Below the pieces are notes generated by a model, which was given only the letters and a program-made list of their open reading frames with translations, was not told the origin of the DNA and searched no databases. A DNA stretch of 64,000 bases, taken from NCBI GenBank assembly GCA_030390025.1, contig CM059431.1:142726001-142790000 (forward strand), read 5' to 3'. The position numbers and the translations under genes are program-made. Shown piece after piece: positions 35,690 to 47,863 of this stretch. Each line of letters begins with the position of its first letter. The stretch's first letter is position 1. Source of the stretch: Squalus acanthias. Lineage: Eukaryota.

Positions 35690-36965
35690 AAATAATAACA
35701 GAAAATGCTGGAAATACCCAGCAGGTCAGGCAGCATCTAGAGAGAGAAACAGAGTTAATGTTTCAGGTGGAGGACCCTTCGGCAGAACTGGAAAAAGTTA
35801 CAGATGTAACAAATTTTTAAGGAAGTGTCGGGGCAGGGAAAGATGGGGGGAGCGGAGGAAAGAACAAAAGGGAAGGTCCGTGATAGGGTGCAAGACAGGA
35901 GAGATTAAAAGACAAGAGGGATGATGGTGCAAGCAAAAGAAGGTGGTAATGGGACAAGTTAAGGAATAAAAGATGAATCTAGATGATGTGTGAATGGTAA
36001 TGGCAACGTCATTAACAGCCGTCATGTGAGAGAAAAAAAGGGAAAAGGAAAAATAAATGAGAAAAATAAAATAGGGGCCGAGTTTATAGACAGAAATTGT
36101 CGATCTCGATGTTGAGTCCCGAAGGCTGTAAAGTGCCTAATTGAAAGATGAGGTGCTGTTCCTCGATCTTATGTTGTACTTTGTTGGAAGACTGTAAGAG
36201 GCCGCGAACAGAGAGATCAGAGTGGGAGTGGAGCAGAGAATTAAAGCGATAGGCGATCAGAAGCTCGGGGTCACACTTACAGACTGAACGGAGGTGCTTC
36301 GCAAAGCGGTCACCCAATCTGTGTCATGTCTCCCCAATGTAGAGGAGACCGCATCGTGAGCAGCGAATACTATATAATAAATTGCAAGTACAACAAGTAA
36401 ATCGCTGTTTCACCTGGAAGAGTGTTTGGGGACCCGGACAGTGGGAAGGGAAGAGGTAAAAGAGCAGGTGTTGCATCTCCTGTGCTTGCATGGGAAGGTG
36501 CCGTGGGAAGGGGAAGGGGTGTTGGGGGTGATTGAGGAGTAGACCAGGGTATCGTGGAGGGAGCGGTCCCTTCAGAATGCTGAAAGTGGAGGTGAGGGGA
36601 AGGATTGTTTGGTGGTGGGACCACGCTGGAGGTGGCGGTCGATGATCCGTTGAATACGGAGGCTGGTGGGGTGAAAGGTGAGGACAAGGGGAACCCTATC
36701 GTGGTTCTGGGAGGGGGGGGAAGGGGTGAGAGCAGAAGTGCGGGAAATAGAATGGACACGGTCAAGAGCCATGTTAACCACGGTAGAGGGGAATCCTCGG
36801 TTGAGGAATAAGGAAGACATGTCGGAAGCACTAGTATGGAACGTGGCATCGTCAGAACAGATGCGGCAGAGACAGAAAAACTGGGAGAATGGACCAGCGT
36901 CCTAACAGGAAGCGAGGTGGGAGGAAGTGTATTCCAGGTAGCTGTGGGAGTCAGAGGGCTTATAG
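35690..36965 (-). mobile_element. Penelope-like element relic (RT C-terminus, GIY-YIG endonuclease, pseudo-LTR)
   Basis: Minus-strand fragments FLNRGFP, RVPLVLTFHP, YIGET...GDRFAKHLRSV and EEQHLIFQLGTLQPSGLNIE. Terminal hammerhead-like CTGCCGA...GAAA at ~35755-35790. Confidence 0.85.
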
Positions 36966-37884
36966 TGAATGTTTGTCAATAGCAGCAATAGTTTATTCTG
37001 TCCCGTTACAAGTTTTAAATGTCCCTGTGCTCCTAGTTTATAGGGGAGGGGAGTCTCTCACTTTATTCACCATTAAACTGGCTCTACATTTATTTCAGGT
37101 GTAACTGGTCCGACAGTGTTTGGGGAATTTTCGGAAGTTCCCTCCCCGAGCGGGGCCTCATACACAGGGGGCGGATTATGGGGAATTCCCGGGTACACTG
37201 CCCCTGGTTTACCCAGGAGCCGCCCGCTGTGTGCGAGGCCCCACCGCTGGCCGGTGTGTGTCTGTACTCCGGGGCTAATACCACACAACACGTTAGATTG
37301 GAACCTTTTACCGGCAGATTTAAGATCCTGAATATCAATCTTTACTCAATGTTCAGGACTGTGTATAATTGTAAACATTTACAGCTGAAAGAATTCCCGA
37401 TTCCCTAATATTCCCAATCCAGGAAACTTCTCCCTCGACAAGACACACCCTGCACGGTATTGGAGTAAATATCGAACTGTTAGTGATTTAAACTCGGGTT
37501 TCTCTCCTGTTTCCAGTTGAAATGGTGGATGTGGAAAACATTAAATTAATTTTATCTTCATTGCCGGATTATATGTTATGTTTACATTCCGCTGTCCAGT
37601 ATTATTAAATATGATTTATTGTAATTAAATTATCAGACTCTCAGTGACCTGTATTTGCTGATCCGATAAAGACTGTAAAATCCCTACTTGTTCACAAGGA
37701 TCCATTTTAGATTCTCACACCTTAGGGAATTACTAACCGATCCACTTATTATTGGTCATATTTTTGTTGAATCTGCTTCTCTCTGGTTTAACTGAACTGT
37801 TTGTTTCCCTCCATTACGGAGCAGCAACACAATCCGTGACTGTTCTACAATTCACCCAACAGTTAGAGACAAATAAACAGTTAC

Positions 37885-39621
37885 CTCAACACCCGGCATT
37901 TGTGCAGTACGGGTCCCAGCCGCTGGAGTCCGTCACACTGAACGGAGCAGTTCTCCAGATCAAGATGCTTTACTGTATCACAGAGTCCAGTGACATGAGA
38001 CAGGACCGCACAGTCAATCGGGGTCAGTCGCAATCCATTAAATGTAAGTGATTCCACAGATCCCACTGTTTTCCGAGCCAGTGCTTTATTCTGAGACTCA
38101 AACAGGTAGTGGAATGTGTTTAGGAGGTTCCTTTTACCAGTTTCACTCCCTGTGTTCCCAATCTGTGCTTCAATCTTCTCATCACCCAGTCAATCACTCG
38201 GCAGGTGGTTTGATGAAGAAATGGACCCAGAAACTCCTCCAGGGGCCGAGCTGCCTGTGGGGAGGAGAGACCAGCAACAAAACGGAGAAATATCTCAAAT
38301 CGCCCATCTTCCTCGCGGTGGGATTCTCTGAGGAGTTTCAGGATGTCCCCGGGATCTGGAGTCAGGAATTGTGCGAGTGCGGCTACAAACTCTTGGATGG
38401 TGAGGTGCGGGAATGTGTACACCACGCTCTGGGCAGATTCATCTCTCTCCAAAAGTTCCATCATGAACCCAGACAGGAACTGGGAAGGTTGCAGATTGTA
38501 CTTGATCAAATCTCCATTTCTAAACACAATCTTCTTCTCGGAGACTCCTGTGAAGGCCATCTCACCAAGCTTCAGTAACACATCACGGGGGCTTTCAATC
38601 TCTCGGCCATGGTTTTTCAGAATGTTGTAAATATAGTAGGAATATAGTTGGGTGATGGTCTTGGGAACTCGCTGCTGATTCCTGTCTCTTTGTGTGAAGA
38701 AGGGACCCAGTGACAAACCGAGGATCCAGCAGTAGGAAGGGTTGTAGCACATGGTGTACAGGATCTCGTTCTCCTCCACGTGTTTGAAAACAGCTGCTGC
38801 CACCGTCTGATCCTCAAAAAACTTGTTGAAATATTCCTTCCGTTTTTCACCAACAAATCCCAGGATTTCAGCCCAGACACTGATCTCAGCCTTTTCCAAT
38901 AAATGTAATGCAGTGGGGCGGCTGGTCACTAGCACTGAACATCCTGGGAGCAGCTTGTGCTGTATTAAACTGTACACAATGTCAGACACTTCACACCAGT
39001 CTTCGGGATCTGTGCACATGGACTGAGGTTCTGTATTTCTCCGATTGTCAGCAAAATCGATCCTGTCCTTGAATTCATCCAAACCATCGAATATAAACAA
39101 CAATCCCTCTGGGCTCTTCCAGAGCTCTCCCAGAACATTCCCAAAGTAAGGATACAGATCCAATATCAGATTCCTCAGGTTTATTCGACAGTTAATAGCA
39201 TTCAAATCCCGGAATTTAAAGCTGAAAATAAATTGAAAGTGTGGGTATATTTTCCCAGTGGCCCAGTCATGAACAATCTTTTGCACCATTGTTGTTTTTC
39301 CAATCCCCGGGACTCCGCTTACTGCTCCTGAACTCCCAGATTTGGATTTTCGCTGGGAAAAACTGCTCTGGAACAATTGATCAGTTCGGATTTTTTCCAG
39401 CTCTTTCCGGAGATGTTGCTCTCTCCACTCTTCATGGTCTCGGCCTCTTGCCAGCAGTTCATGTTCTACAAGTGTCCGATCTCGAACAGTAGAAATGACC
39501 GTTAGCTCAGCGTATCGATCAACCAGCTGAAAAATCTTAACCTTCTCCTTTATTAGGATAGTGTTCACTCTCAGTGTTTCAGTTTGTACCCGGAGTGTCT
39601 CCTTGTGTTTCTGTTGAACAT
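37885..39621 (-). CDS. NLR (NLRC3-like) NACHT exon; 1-nt frameshift near 38182, so possibly a pseudogene
   Basis: TAATTTAAG acceptor (DVQQKHKETLR...), Walker A GVPGIGKTT, Walker B LLFIFDGLDE, VLVTSRP and FPHLTIQEFVAA. After the frameshift it continues NLLNTFHYLFESQN...LTPIDCAVLSHV...LHKCRVL to a GTAAC donor. Confidence 0.92.
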
Positions 39622-39899
39622 CTTAAATTAGAACAGACAGAAAGATCAGACATAAAAAAAACTTCTCAATAACATTTCGCTATTCAGTAAAATGTTGCAA
39701 GGTTTAATTCACAGCTTCAATAGAGGCATGTGTTGAAATTAAAACTCAGTTAATGGAAACCTCGCTTGAAAGTGAACAATGGCCGAGAAAAGTTTCAAAT
39801 CCTCTCTTGATTCTAATATTCACTGAACATGCAGGTTTCAATGATATGACTTTTACCTCTGATGGTTAATACTTTCCGGCCTGCTCTTTTCTATTGACA

Positions 39900-42800
39900 T
39901 CTCCTCGCGGCTGGAAAAGAACTTTGAATGGGAGGGGGAGGATCCAGTTGTCGTGGTCCACGTAGGAACCAAAGATATAGGTATAACTAGGAAAGAGGTT
40001 CTACTGATGGAGCGTGAGAAGCTAGGATCCAAATTAAAAAACAGAACCTCAAAGGTAATAATCTCTGGATTGGTACCTGAGCCATGTGCAAATTGGCACA
40101 GGGACAAACAGGATAGAGGTTTAACTGAGTGGTTCAAAGAGTGGTGTGGGAGGAAGGGCTTTCAGCTAATGGGGCACTGGCACCAGTACTGAGGAAAGAG
40201 GGAGCTGTTCCTTTGGGACGGGCTCCATGGGGCTGGGACCAGTGCCCTGGCGAACCGAATAACTAGGGCAGTAGACAGGGCATTAAACTAATGAAGGGGT
40301 GGGGGTGGGAGACTCCAGGAAAGAGTAAATTTAAAAGCAGTGAGAGAAATGTCAAGGCTCTGGAGCCAAGTAGAGTTTTGGGTAAAAATAAGCAGAGTGC
40401 GTCAGGATGTGACAGAGACTAACAAAGGTAATAAGGCATCAGTGACTAAGGTGACATCAGGGAAAAATAGAAATAAGTCAAAGCTAAAGGCACTATATCT
40501 GAATGCGTGAAGCATTCACAACAAAATAGATGAATTAATACTGCAGACAGAAATTAACAGGTTAGATCTAATCGCCATAACGGAGACGTGGTTGTAAAGT
40601 GGCCAAGGTTGGGAACTAAATATTTCAGGATATTTAACTTTTAGAAGAGTTAAGCAAAATGGAAAAGGAGGAGGGTTAGCCCTGATAATGAAGGATGGGA
40701 TAAAGACAGTAGAGAGAAAGGATCTTACCTCTGAAAATCAAGAAGAAGTAGAGTCAGTTTGGGTGGAGCTAGGAAACAGCAAGGGGCTGAAAACATTGGT
40801 GGGAGTTGTGTATAGGCCCCCAAATAGTAGTTGTAACGTAGGGCAGAGTACAAAACAGGAAATTAAACGCACATGTAACAAGGGTAATAGAGTAATCATG
40901 GGGGACTTTAATCTACATATAGACTGAGCAAACCAAATTTGCAGTAATACTGTGGAGGACGAATTCACGGAATGTATGCAAGTTAAGTTTGTAGATCAGT
41001 ATGTTGAGGAACCAACTAGGGAACAGGCTATTTTAGATCTAGTATTGTGCAATAAGAAAGGATTAATTAATAATCTTGTAGTAAAGGGGCCTTTAGGGAA
41101 GAGTGACCATAATATGATAGAATTTTATGTTGACTTTAAAAGTGATTTAGTTAAATCTGAAACTAGGGTCTCAAATCTGAACAAAACAAACTAAGTAGTT
41201 ATGAGGGGCGAGTTGGCTGAGGTAGATTGGGAAACTACATTAAAAGGTATGACGGTAGACAAGCAATGGCTAGCATTTAAAGAATTAATACATAATTTAC
41301 AACAACTATACATTCCTTTAAGGCACAAAAACCCCACAGGAAAAGTGCTCCAACCGTGGCTAACAAGAGACATTAAAGATAGTATTAGATCAAAGGAAGA
41401 TGCTTATATTGTTGCCAAAAAGAGTAGTAAGCCTGAGGTTTGAGTGTATTTTAGAATTCAGCAAAGGAGGACCAGAAACTGATAACGAAAGGGAAAATAG
41501 AACACGAGAGTAAATTTGCGAGAGACATAAAAACAGACTGTAAAATCTGCTATAGTTCTGTAAAAAGGGAAAGATTTGTGAAAGTAAATGTGGGTCCTTT
41601 ACAGACTGAGACAGGAGAAATTATAATGGAGAATAAGGAAATGGCAGATAAATTAAACAAATAAATACTTTGTGTCTCTCTTCACGGAAGAAAAATGCAA
41701 AAAACTTCCTGGAAATAGTGGAGAACCAAGGGTCCAGCGAGAATGAAGAACTGAAAGAAATTAGTATTAGTAAAAAAAAAAGTACTGGATAAATTAATGG
41801 GACTGAAAGCTGATAAATCCCTTGGACCTGATGGCCTACATCCTAGGGTTTTGAAAGAGGTGGCTATAGAGATAGTGGATGCATTGGTTGTCATTTTCCA
41901 AAATTCCATCGATTCTAGAATGTTTCCCGCGGATTGGAAGGTAGCAAATGTAACCCCACTATTTAAGAAAGGAGGGAGAGAAAATGGGGAACTACAGACC
42001 GGTTAGCCTGACATCAGTCATAGGGAAAATGATAGAATCTATTATTAAGGAAGTGGTAACAGGGCACTTAGAAAATAATAATAGGATTGGGAGGATTTAT
42101 GAAAGGGAAATCGTGTTTGACGAATCTGTTAGCGTTTTTTGAGGTTGTAACTAGCAGAATAGATAAGGGGGAACCAGTGGATGTGGTGTATTTGGATTTT
42201 CAGAAGGCATTCGATAAGGTGCCACACAAGAGGTTATTAAACAAAATTAGGACTCATGGGATTGTGGGGTAATATACTAGCATGGATTGAGGATTGGTTA
42301 ACGGACAGAGAAGAGAGTCGGAATAAACGGGTAATTTTCTGGTTGGCAGGCTGTAACTAGTGGGGTATTGCAAGGATTAGGGCTTGGGCTTCAGCTATTC
42401 ACAATCTATTTCAATGATTTGGATGAGGGAACCAAATGTAATATATCTAAGTTTGCTGATGATTCAATGCTGGGTGGGAATGTAAGTTGTGAGAAGGTTG
42501 CAAGAAGGCTTCAAGGGGATATAGACAGGCTAAGTGCGTGGGCAAGAACATGGCACATGGAATATAATGTGTAGAAATGTGAATTTGTCCACTTTGGTAG
42601 GAAAAATAGAAAAGCAGAATTTTTTTTAAATGGCGAGATTAGGAAATGTTGGTGTTCAGAGGGGCCTGGATGTCCTTGTACACGAATCACAAATTTAACA
42701 TGCAGGTACAGCAAGTAATTAGGAACGCAAATGGCATGTTGGCCTTTATTACAAGAGGATTTGAGTACAAGAGTAAAGACATCTTACTGCAGTTATATAG

Positions 42801-43331
42801 GGCCCTGGTGAGACCCCTGTATTTTGTACAGTTTTGGTCTCCTTACCTAAGGAAAGATATACTTGCCATAGAGAGAGTGCAACAAAGGTTTTCCAGCCTG
42901 GATCCTGGGATGGGGGAGCTGTCCTATGAGGAGAGATTGAGTAGACTAGGCCTATATTCTCTAGAGTTCAGAAGAGTGAGAGGTGATCTCATTGAAACAT
43001 ACAAAATTCTTACAGGGCTTGACAGGGTAGCTGCAAGGAGGATGCTTCCCCTGGCTGGGGAGTCCAGAACCAGGGGTCACAGTCTCAGAATAAGAGGCGA
43101 CCACTTAGGACCAAGATGAGGATAATTCTTTCACTCAGAGGGCGGTGAATCTTTGCAATTGAGTATTTTCAAGTCAGAGATTGATAGATTTTTGAATATT
43201 AAGAGAATCAAGGAATATGGGGATAGTGCTGGGAAGTGGAGATGAGGTAGAAGAACAACCATGATCTTATTGAATGGTAGAGCAGGCTCGAAGGATCAAA
43301 TGGCCTCCTCCTGCTCTTATTTCTTATGTTC
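39900..43331 (+). mobile_element. Degenerate CR1 LINE (ORF1 esterase 3' part + ORF2), antisense in the NLR intron
   Basis: VHVGTKD and VIISGL (SGNH esterase); APE and RT motifs with stops; CR1 tail. Confidence 0.95.
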
Positions 43332-43569
43332 ATTACAAATCCACACATGATCCTGGTTATAAGACAGTAGACTTCTAGTGGATCAATCATTCACAGTCAG
43401 TGGTGCTTACAATCTTCAGAAATGGGAAATAGGACATTGGATATCTGTGGAAGAGGGACAGACTGTGAATGGTCAGAAGCCCACTATTATTTTATCAGAC
43501 CTTGGGCCCGTTATCTATGATATTGTGTGCATTGGGTGATGGACAGACTGCGAAGGGAAGTAAGTTCCA

Positions 43570-44130
43570 ATCGGCGGACTATTTGATCCTTAACTGAGAT
43601 CCCAACCCTATATCCTCTCCATCACCAAGACCGCCTACTTCCACCTCCATAATATTGGCCGTCTCCGCCCTTGCCTCAGCTCATCTGCTGCTGAAACCCA
43701 CACCAATGCATTCGTTACCTCCAGATTGAACTACTCCAACCCTCTCCTGGTCAGTCTCCCTATTCCAAAGAGCTCTTGGTCGGCCTCCAACCTTGCACCC
43801 TCCGGAAACTAGGTCATTCAAAACTCTGCTGCCCCAAAGTTAAATTGCACCAAGTCCCATTCACCCATCACACCTGATCTCGCTGACCTACATCGACTCC
43901 GCGTCCGGCAATGCCTCGTTTTAAAAATTCTCATTTTTGCATTCCGATCCCTCCATAACCTCACCCTCCCAATCCCTGTAGCTTCCTCCAGCCCTACAAC
44001 CCGAGATCTCTGCACTCCTCCAATTCTGGCCTCTTGCACGTCCCAGATTTTCATCATTCCATCATTGCCAGCCATTGTTCAGCTTCCTCGGCCCCAAGCT
44101 CTGGAATTCCCTCTTTAATCCTCTCCGATC
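43570..44130 (+). mobile_element. L2 LINE ORF2 3' fragment
   Basis: ITKTAYFHLHNI, AFVTSRLNYSN, QNSAA, HSPITP and GPKLWNSL motifs. Confidence 0.85.
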
Positions 44131-44714
44131 CTTAACAGAAATCCACTGTCCTTATATCAGGACTCGTACATGTTATCTGTGGTATTGTGTGCACTGAATG
44201 AGAGACAGACTGTGAAAGAACAGGAGGTAATTTGCTGTTGCTTCAGGACTCTGGTTATCTGGTGTATTAACTCCACTTCCATTGTCACCTGATCACTGGT
44301 GAAGGTTACTGTCATTCTGAAGGTAGAGGGGAATGAGAAAGATTATTCAAGGTATTAGGAGTTTAGGTTGAGGGGGTTTGATGTGCTTTGTTTGGGCAAG
44401 AGACTGCTGTATTGAAACGTTTTAATGGAATTCACGACATTAGTTCAGGAAACAGGCTCACATTTACAAATTAATTAGTAACCGAGAAAATTGAAAGTGA
44501 AAAGTAGGAAGGGAAACCAAGGTAACGTTTTTACCCAAAGGGTAATAGAGCGGGGAACAGTTATCAGGGAAGGACACTAAAGGGGCAGTGTTAGTGGAGT
44601 ATGTAGACAATTAAATGCGATTCTGTGGATATACTGAGAGGAGGGGTAGTTGGGTTCATCTCTATAATAGAGGAACGCTCATTTGGGACAAATGGCCATT
44701 TGCTGTCCCTAATC

Positions 44715-45565
44715 ATGACATAGGATATACGGCACAGAAACAGGGCATTCGGCCCAACCAGTCCTGCCAGCGTTTATGCTCCACATGAGCCTCCTCCCGT
44801 CTTTCCTCATCTAAATCTATCAGTGTAACCCTCTATTCCCTTCTCCCTCATATGCTTGTCTAGCCTCCCCTTAAATGCATCTATACTATTCGCTTCAACC
44901 ACTCCCTGTGGTAGCGAGTTCCACATTCTCACCACTCCTTGGGTAAAGAAGTTTCTTCTGAATTCCCTGTTGGATTTCTTGGTGACTGTCTATCTTGATG
45001 AGCTCTAGTTATGCTCTTCCCCACAAGTGGAATCATTCTCTCTAGTGCTTGGTTTGCTTTTTTATGGCCTTGCTAACCTGTGTCGCAACTTTTAGTGATT
45101 TGTGTATTTGTACTTCAAGATCCCTTTGTTGCTCTACACCACCTTGACTCACACCCTCCAAGTGAAGTGACCGCCCTATTCTTCCTGCCAAAATGTAATA
45201 CCTCACATTTTTATATGTTGAACTTTATCTGCCAATTATATGCCCATTTGGCAAGTTTATTAATGGCCTCCTGTAACTTGTTGCATTCCTTCTCTGTATT
45301 GACTATCCTCCCCCAACAATTTGGTGTCATCTGCAAATTTAGAAATTGTGTTTTTGATTCCTAAGTCTAAATCGTTAATGTAAATTGTGAACAGCAGTGG
45401 TCCTAGCACTGATCCTTGTGGAACACCACTACCCAACTTCTGCCACTGTGAATAGCTGCCCTCTACTCATATTCTCTGCTTTCTGTCCTGAAGCCAGCCA
45501 GCAATCCATTCTGTTACTTGTCCCCTGACTCCGCATTCTCAGACCTTATCGAAGGCCTTTTGAAA
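44715..45565 (-). mobile_element. CR1 fragment(s), minus strand
   Basis: Reverse complement of NFFTQ..WNSLP, FADDTK and VPQGSVLGP. Confidence 0.85.
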
Positions 45566-45597
45566 TCATATCCTGTTATATTGTGTTACAGAAATTG

Positions 45598-46330
45598 TGA
45601 ACCCAGAATTTGTGGTCGGAATGACGACGAACTGAGAGCATTCGCCATGATTCCTCCTTTGAAGCTGACTGCAACTTCGGGATTTTGGCACATGAGCAGG
45701 TGCATGCGAAAATCCTGAAGTTGCGGTCTCGTCAATGACAGCTCCGAAACTAGCTGCGCTGTGCACCCCCCACCACCTGCCCCCACAGAGCCAGGAATCA
45801 ATGTCAATACCAGATCAGGGAAACTGAAGAGAACTTCAGCTCTTCCGCAGTATGTACGTTGTCCAATTCCTCACAAAACGTTAGCTAGAAAGGAATTGCT
45901 GAAACTGGGGGTTTTAAAGCGTTACTAGTAAACAACTGTTAAGGGTCTGGAAACTAATTTTAATTTTGCGCAGTGTGAAATTTGTCCATTTTAATAGAAA
46001 TATTTGTTTTAAGAAAATGTTCAAAATAAATATTTTAATGTTTGCCCATCTTTATATCAGGTTTGGTTTTCCCCCTTGTGAGAGCCCCAAGCTTTGTTTT
46101 GCTCTCTCTAACATTTTTAAATGTTACAATTTTAAGGGCTTGTTCACTTCCTTGTTCACTGTCTGAGAATTCTGACTTTAGATTGGCTGCTTAGACAGAC
46201 TGTTGAGGTCACAGCAGTTCGCAAAAGGGAATCCCCATTAACTTCTGTTGATTTGAATTAAAGTTCGGAAAACCCAACATTCTCGACACAGTGATCGCGA
46301 GAATCTTGTGCGAAAAGAACTTCGGGGCCA
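45598..46330. mobile_element. Probable Harbinger-like MITE
   Basis: Ends ACCCAGAATTTG and GAACTTCGGGGC; AT-rich interior with inverted segments. Confidence 0.4.
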
Positions 46331-46783
46331 GCCTCCACCAGAGGTCCCCATCATCCCAGAAGCCAGTCTTCAGCCTATACAATTCACTCCAGATATCATC
46401 TAGAAAGCACACTGGATACAGCAAAGACTATGGGCCCTGACAACATCCCGGTTGTCGTGCTGAAGACTTGTGCTCCAGAACTAGCCACCCCATTAGTCTA
46501 CTCTCAATCATCAGCAAAGTGATGGAAGGTGTCATCGGCAGTGCTATCAAGCAGCACTTACTCACCAATAACCTGCTCACTGATGCACAGTTTGGGGTCC
46601 GCCAAGACCACTCGGCTCCCAACCTCATTACAGCCTTGGTCCAAACATGGACAAAGGAACTGAATTCCAGAGGCGAGGTGAGAGTGACTGCCCTTGACAT
46701 CAAGGTAGCATTTGACCGAGTGTGGCATCAAGGAGCCCGAGTAAAACTGAAGTCAATGCGAATTGGGGGGAAAACTCTCCACT
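46330..46783 (+). mobile_element. Fragment of the same non-LTR family as 33885-35362
   Basis: PISLLSIISKVMEG...QFGVRQDHS...ALDIKVAFDRVWH. Confidence 0.88.
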
Positions 46784-46784
46784 A

Positions 46785-46952
46785 GCTGTTCCGCGATTCG
46801 GATGTGGAGCTGCGGCTGGAGTCACTGTGGTGCATCCGCGAGGCTGAGATCTACGTGGACAACACGTTTAACGAGGTGATCACACCGCAGATAAAGAGTG
46901 CAAAGGCAGAAAGGGAATGGGTGACTGCCAGACAGAGTAAAAGAACTAGGAA
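46785..46952 (+). mobile_element. CR1 copy A, left part (ORF1 coiled-coil region)
   Basis: ELRLESLWCIREAE...VITPQIK...REWVTARQSKRTR, homologous to ORF1 at 56260-56400. Confidence 0.85.
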
Positions 46953-47591
46953 ACTAAACTAAAGTGGCAGGGGGTTGGGCACCTGAGCAGGGAGGCAGAG
47001 GAAAGCGTGTCAGGAAGGGACAGAAGGTATGGAGTAAAAGGTAAAGTGTTAAAAAAAGAAAAAGCAGGAACTAAGTGTCACAAAACATATTTGAAAGTTC
47101 TTTATCTGAATGCACATAGCATTCGTAACAAAATGGACGATTAACGGCACAAATAACTACGTATGGGTATGATCTTGTGGCCATTACAGAAACATGGCTG
47201 CAGGGTGACAACGACTGGGAATTAAATATGCCAGGGTATTTAACAATCAGGAAGGACAGGCAGGAAGGAAGGGGATGTTAATAAAGGAAGGAATCACTGT
47301 AATACAGAGAAATGATATTGGGTCAAAGGATCAGGATAATGAAACAGTTTGGGTGGAGATAAGGAATAATAAGGGGAAAAAAACTAGTGGGAGTAGTATA
47401 TAGGCCTCCTAATAGTTGCAACTCTGCTGGAAGAAGTATTAATCAGGAAATAGTTGGGGCATGTAATAAGGGAACTGCTATAATTATGGGGGATTTTAAC
47501 TATCATATTAACTGGACAAATCAAATTGGGCAGGGCAGCCTTGAGGAAGAGTTTATTGAGTGTCTTAGGGATGGATTTCTTGAGCAGTATG

Positions 47592-47785
47592 TGTGGTAAC
47601 ACAATACAGCTTCCTGTGACTTGAACTTTATTACATCACTTCCTGTGATTAGTACAGGATAAATACTGGGCTGATCAGTTGGATCCTGGAGAGGCATAGA
47701 GTAAGACCTCTTTTGTATGTAGCACCTTTTTAGTTGATTAAAGCTTACTTTAAGTTCACCAAGCGTAAGGCTCATTCTTACGACA
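47592..47785 (+). repeat. 5' LTR
   Basis: TGTGGTAAC...TTACGACA; four mismatches to the 3' LTR by eye. Confidence 0.95.
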
Positions 47786-47863
47786 ATTTAATCAACTTTG
47801 AAAAACTTCGCACTCAAACTTTTTGGACGAACTCGGAGCTAAGGATCCAGGGAATCACCCATC

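Noticed and set aside
44490..44506. ISRE-like GAAAGTGAAA
   Set aside because: A single short motif in purine-rich sequence, with no promoter context.
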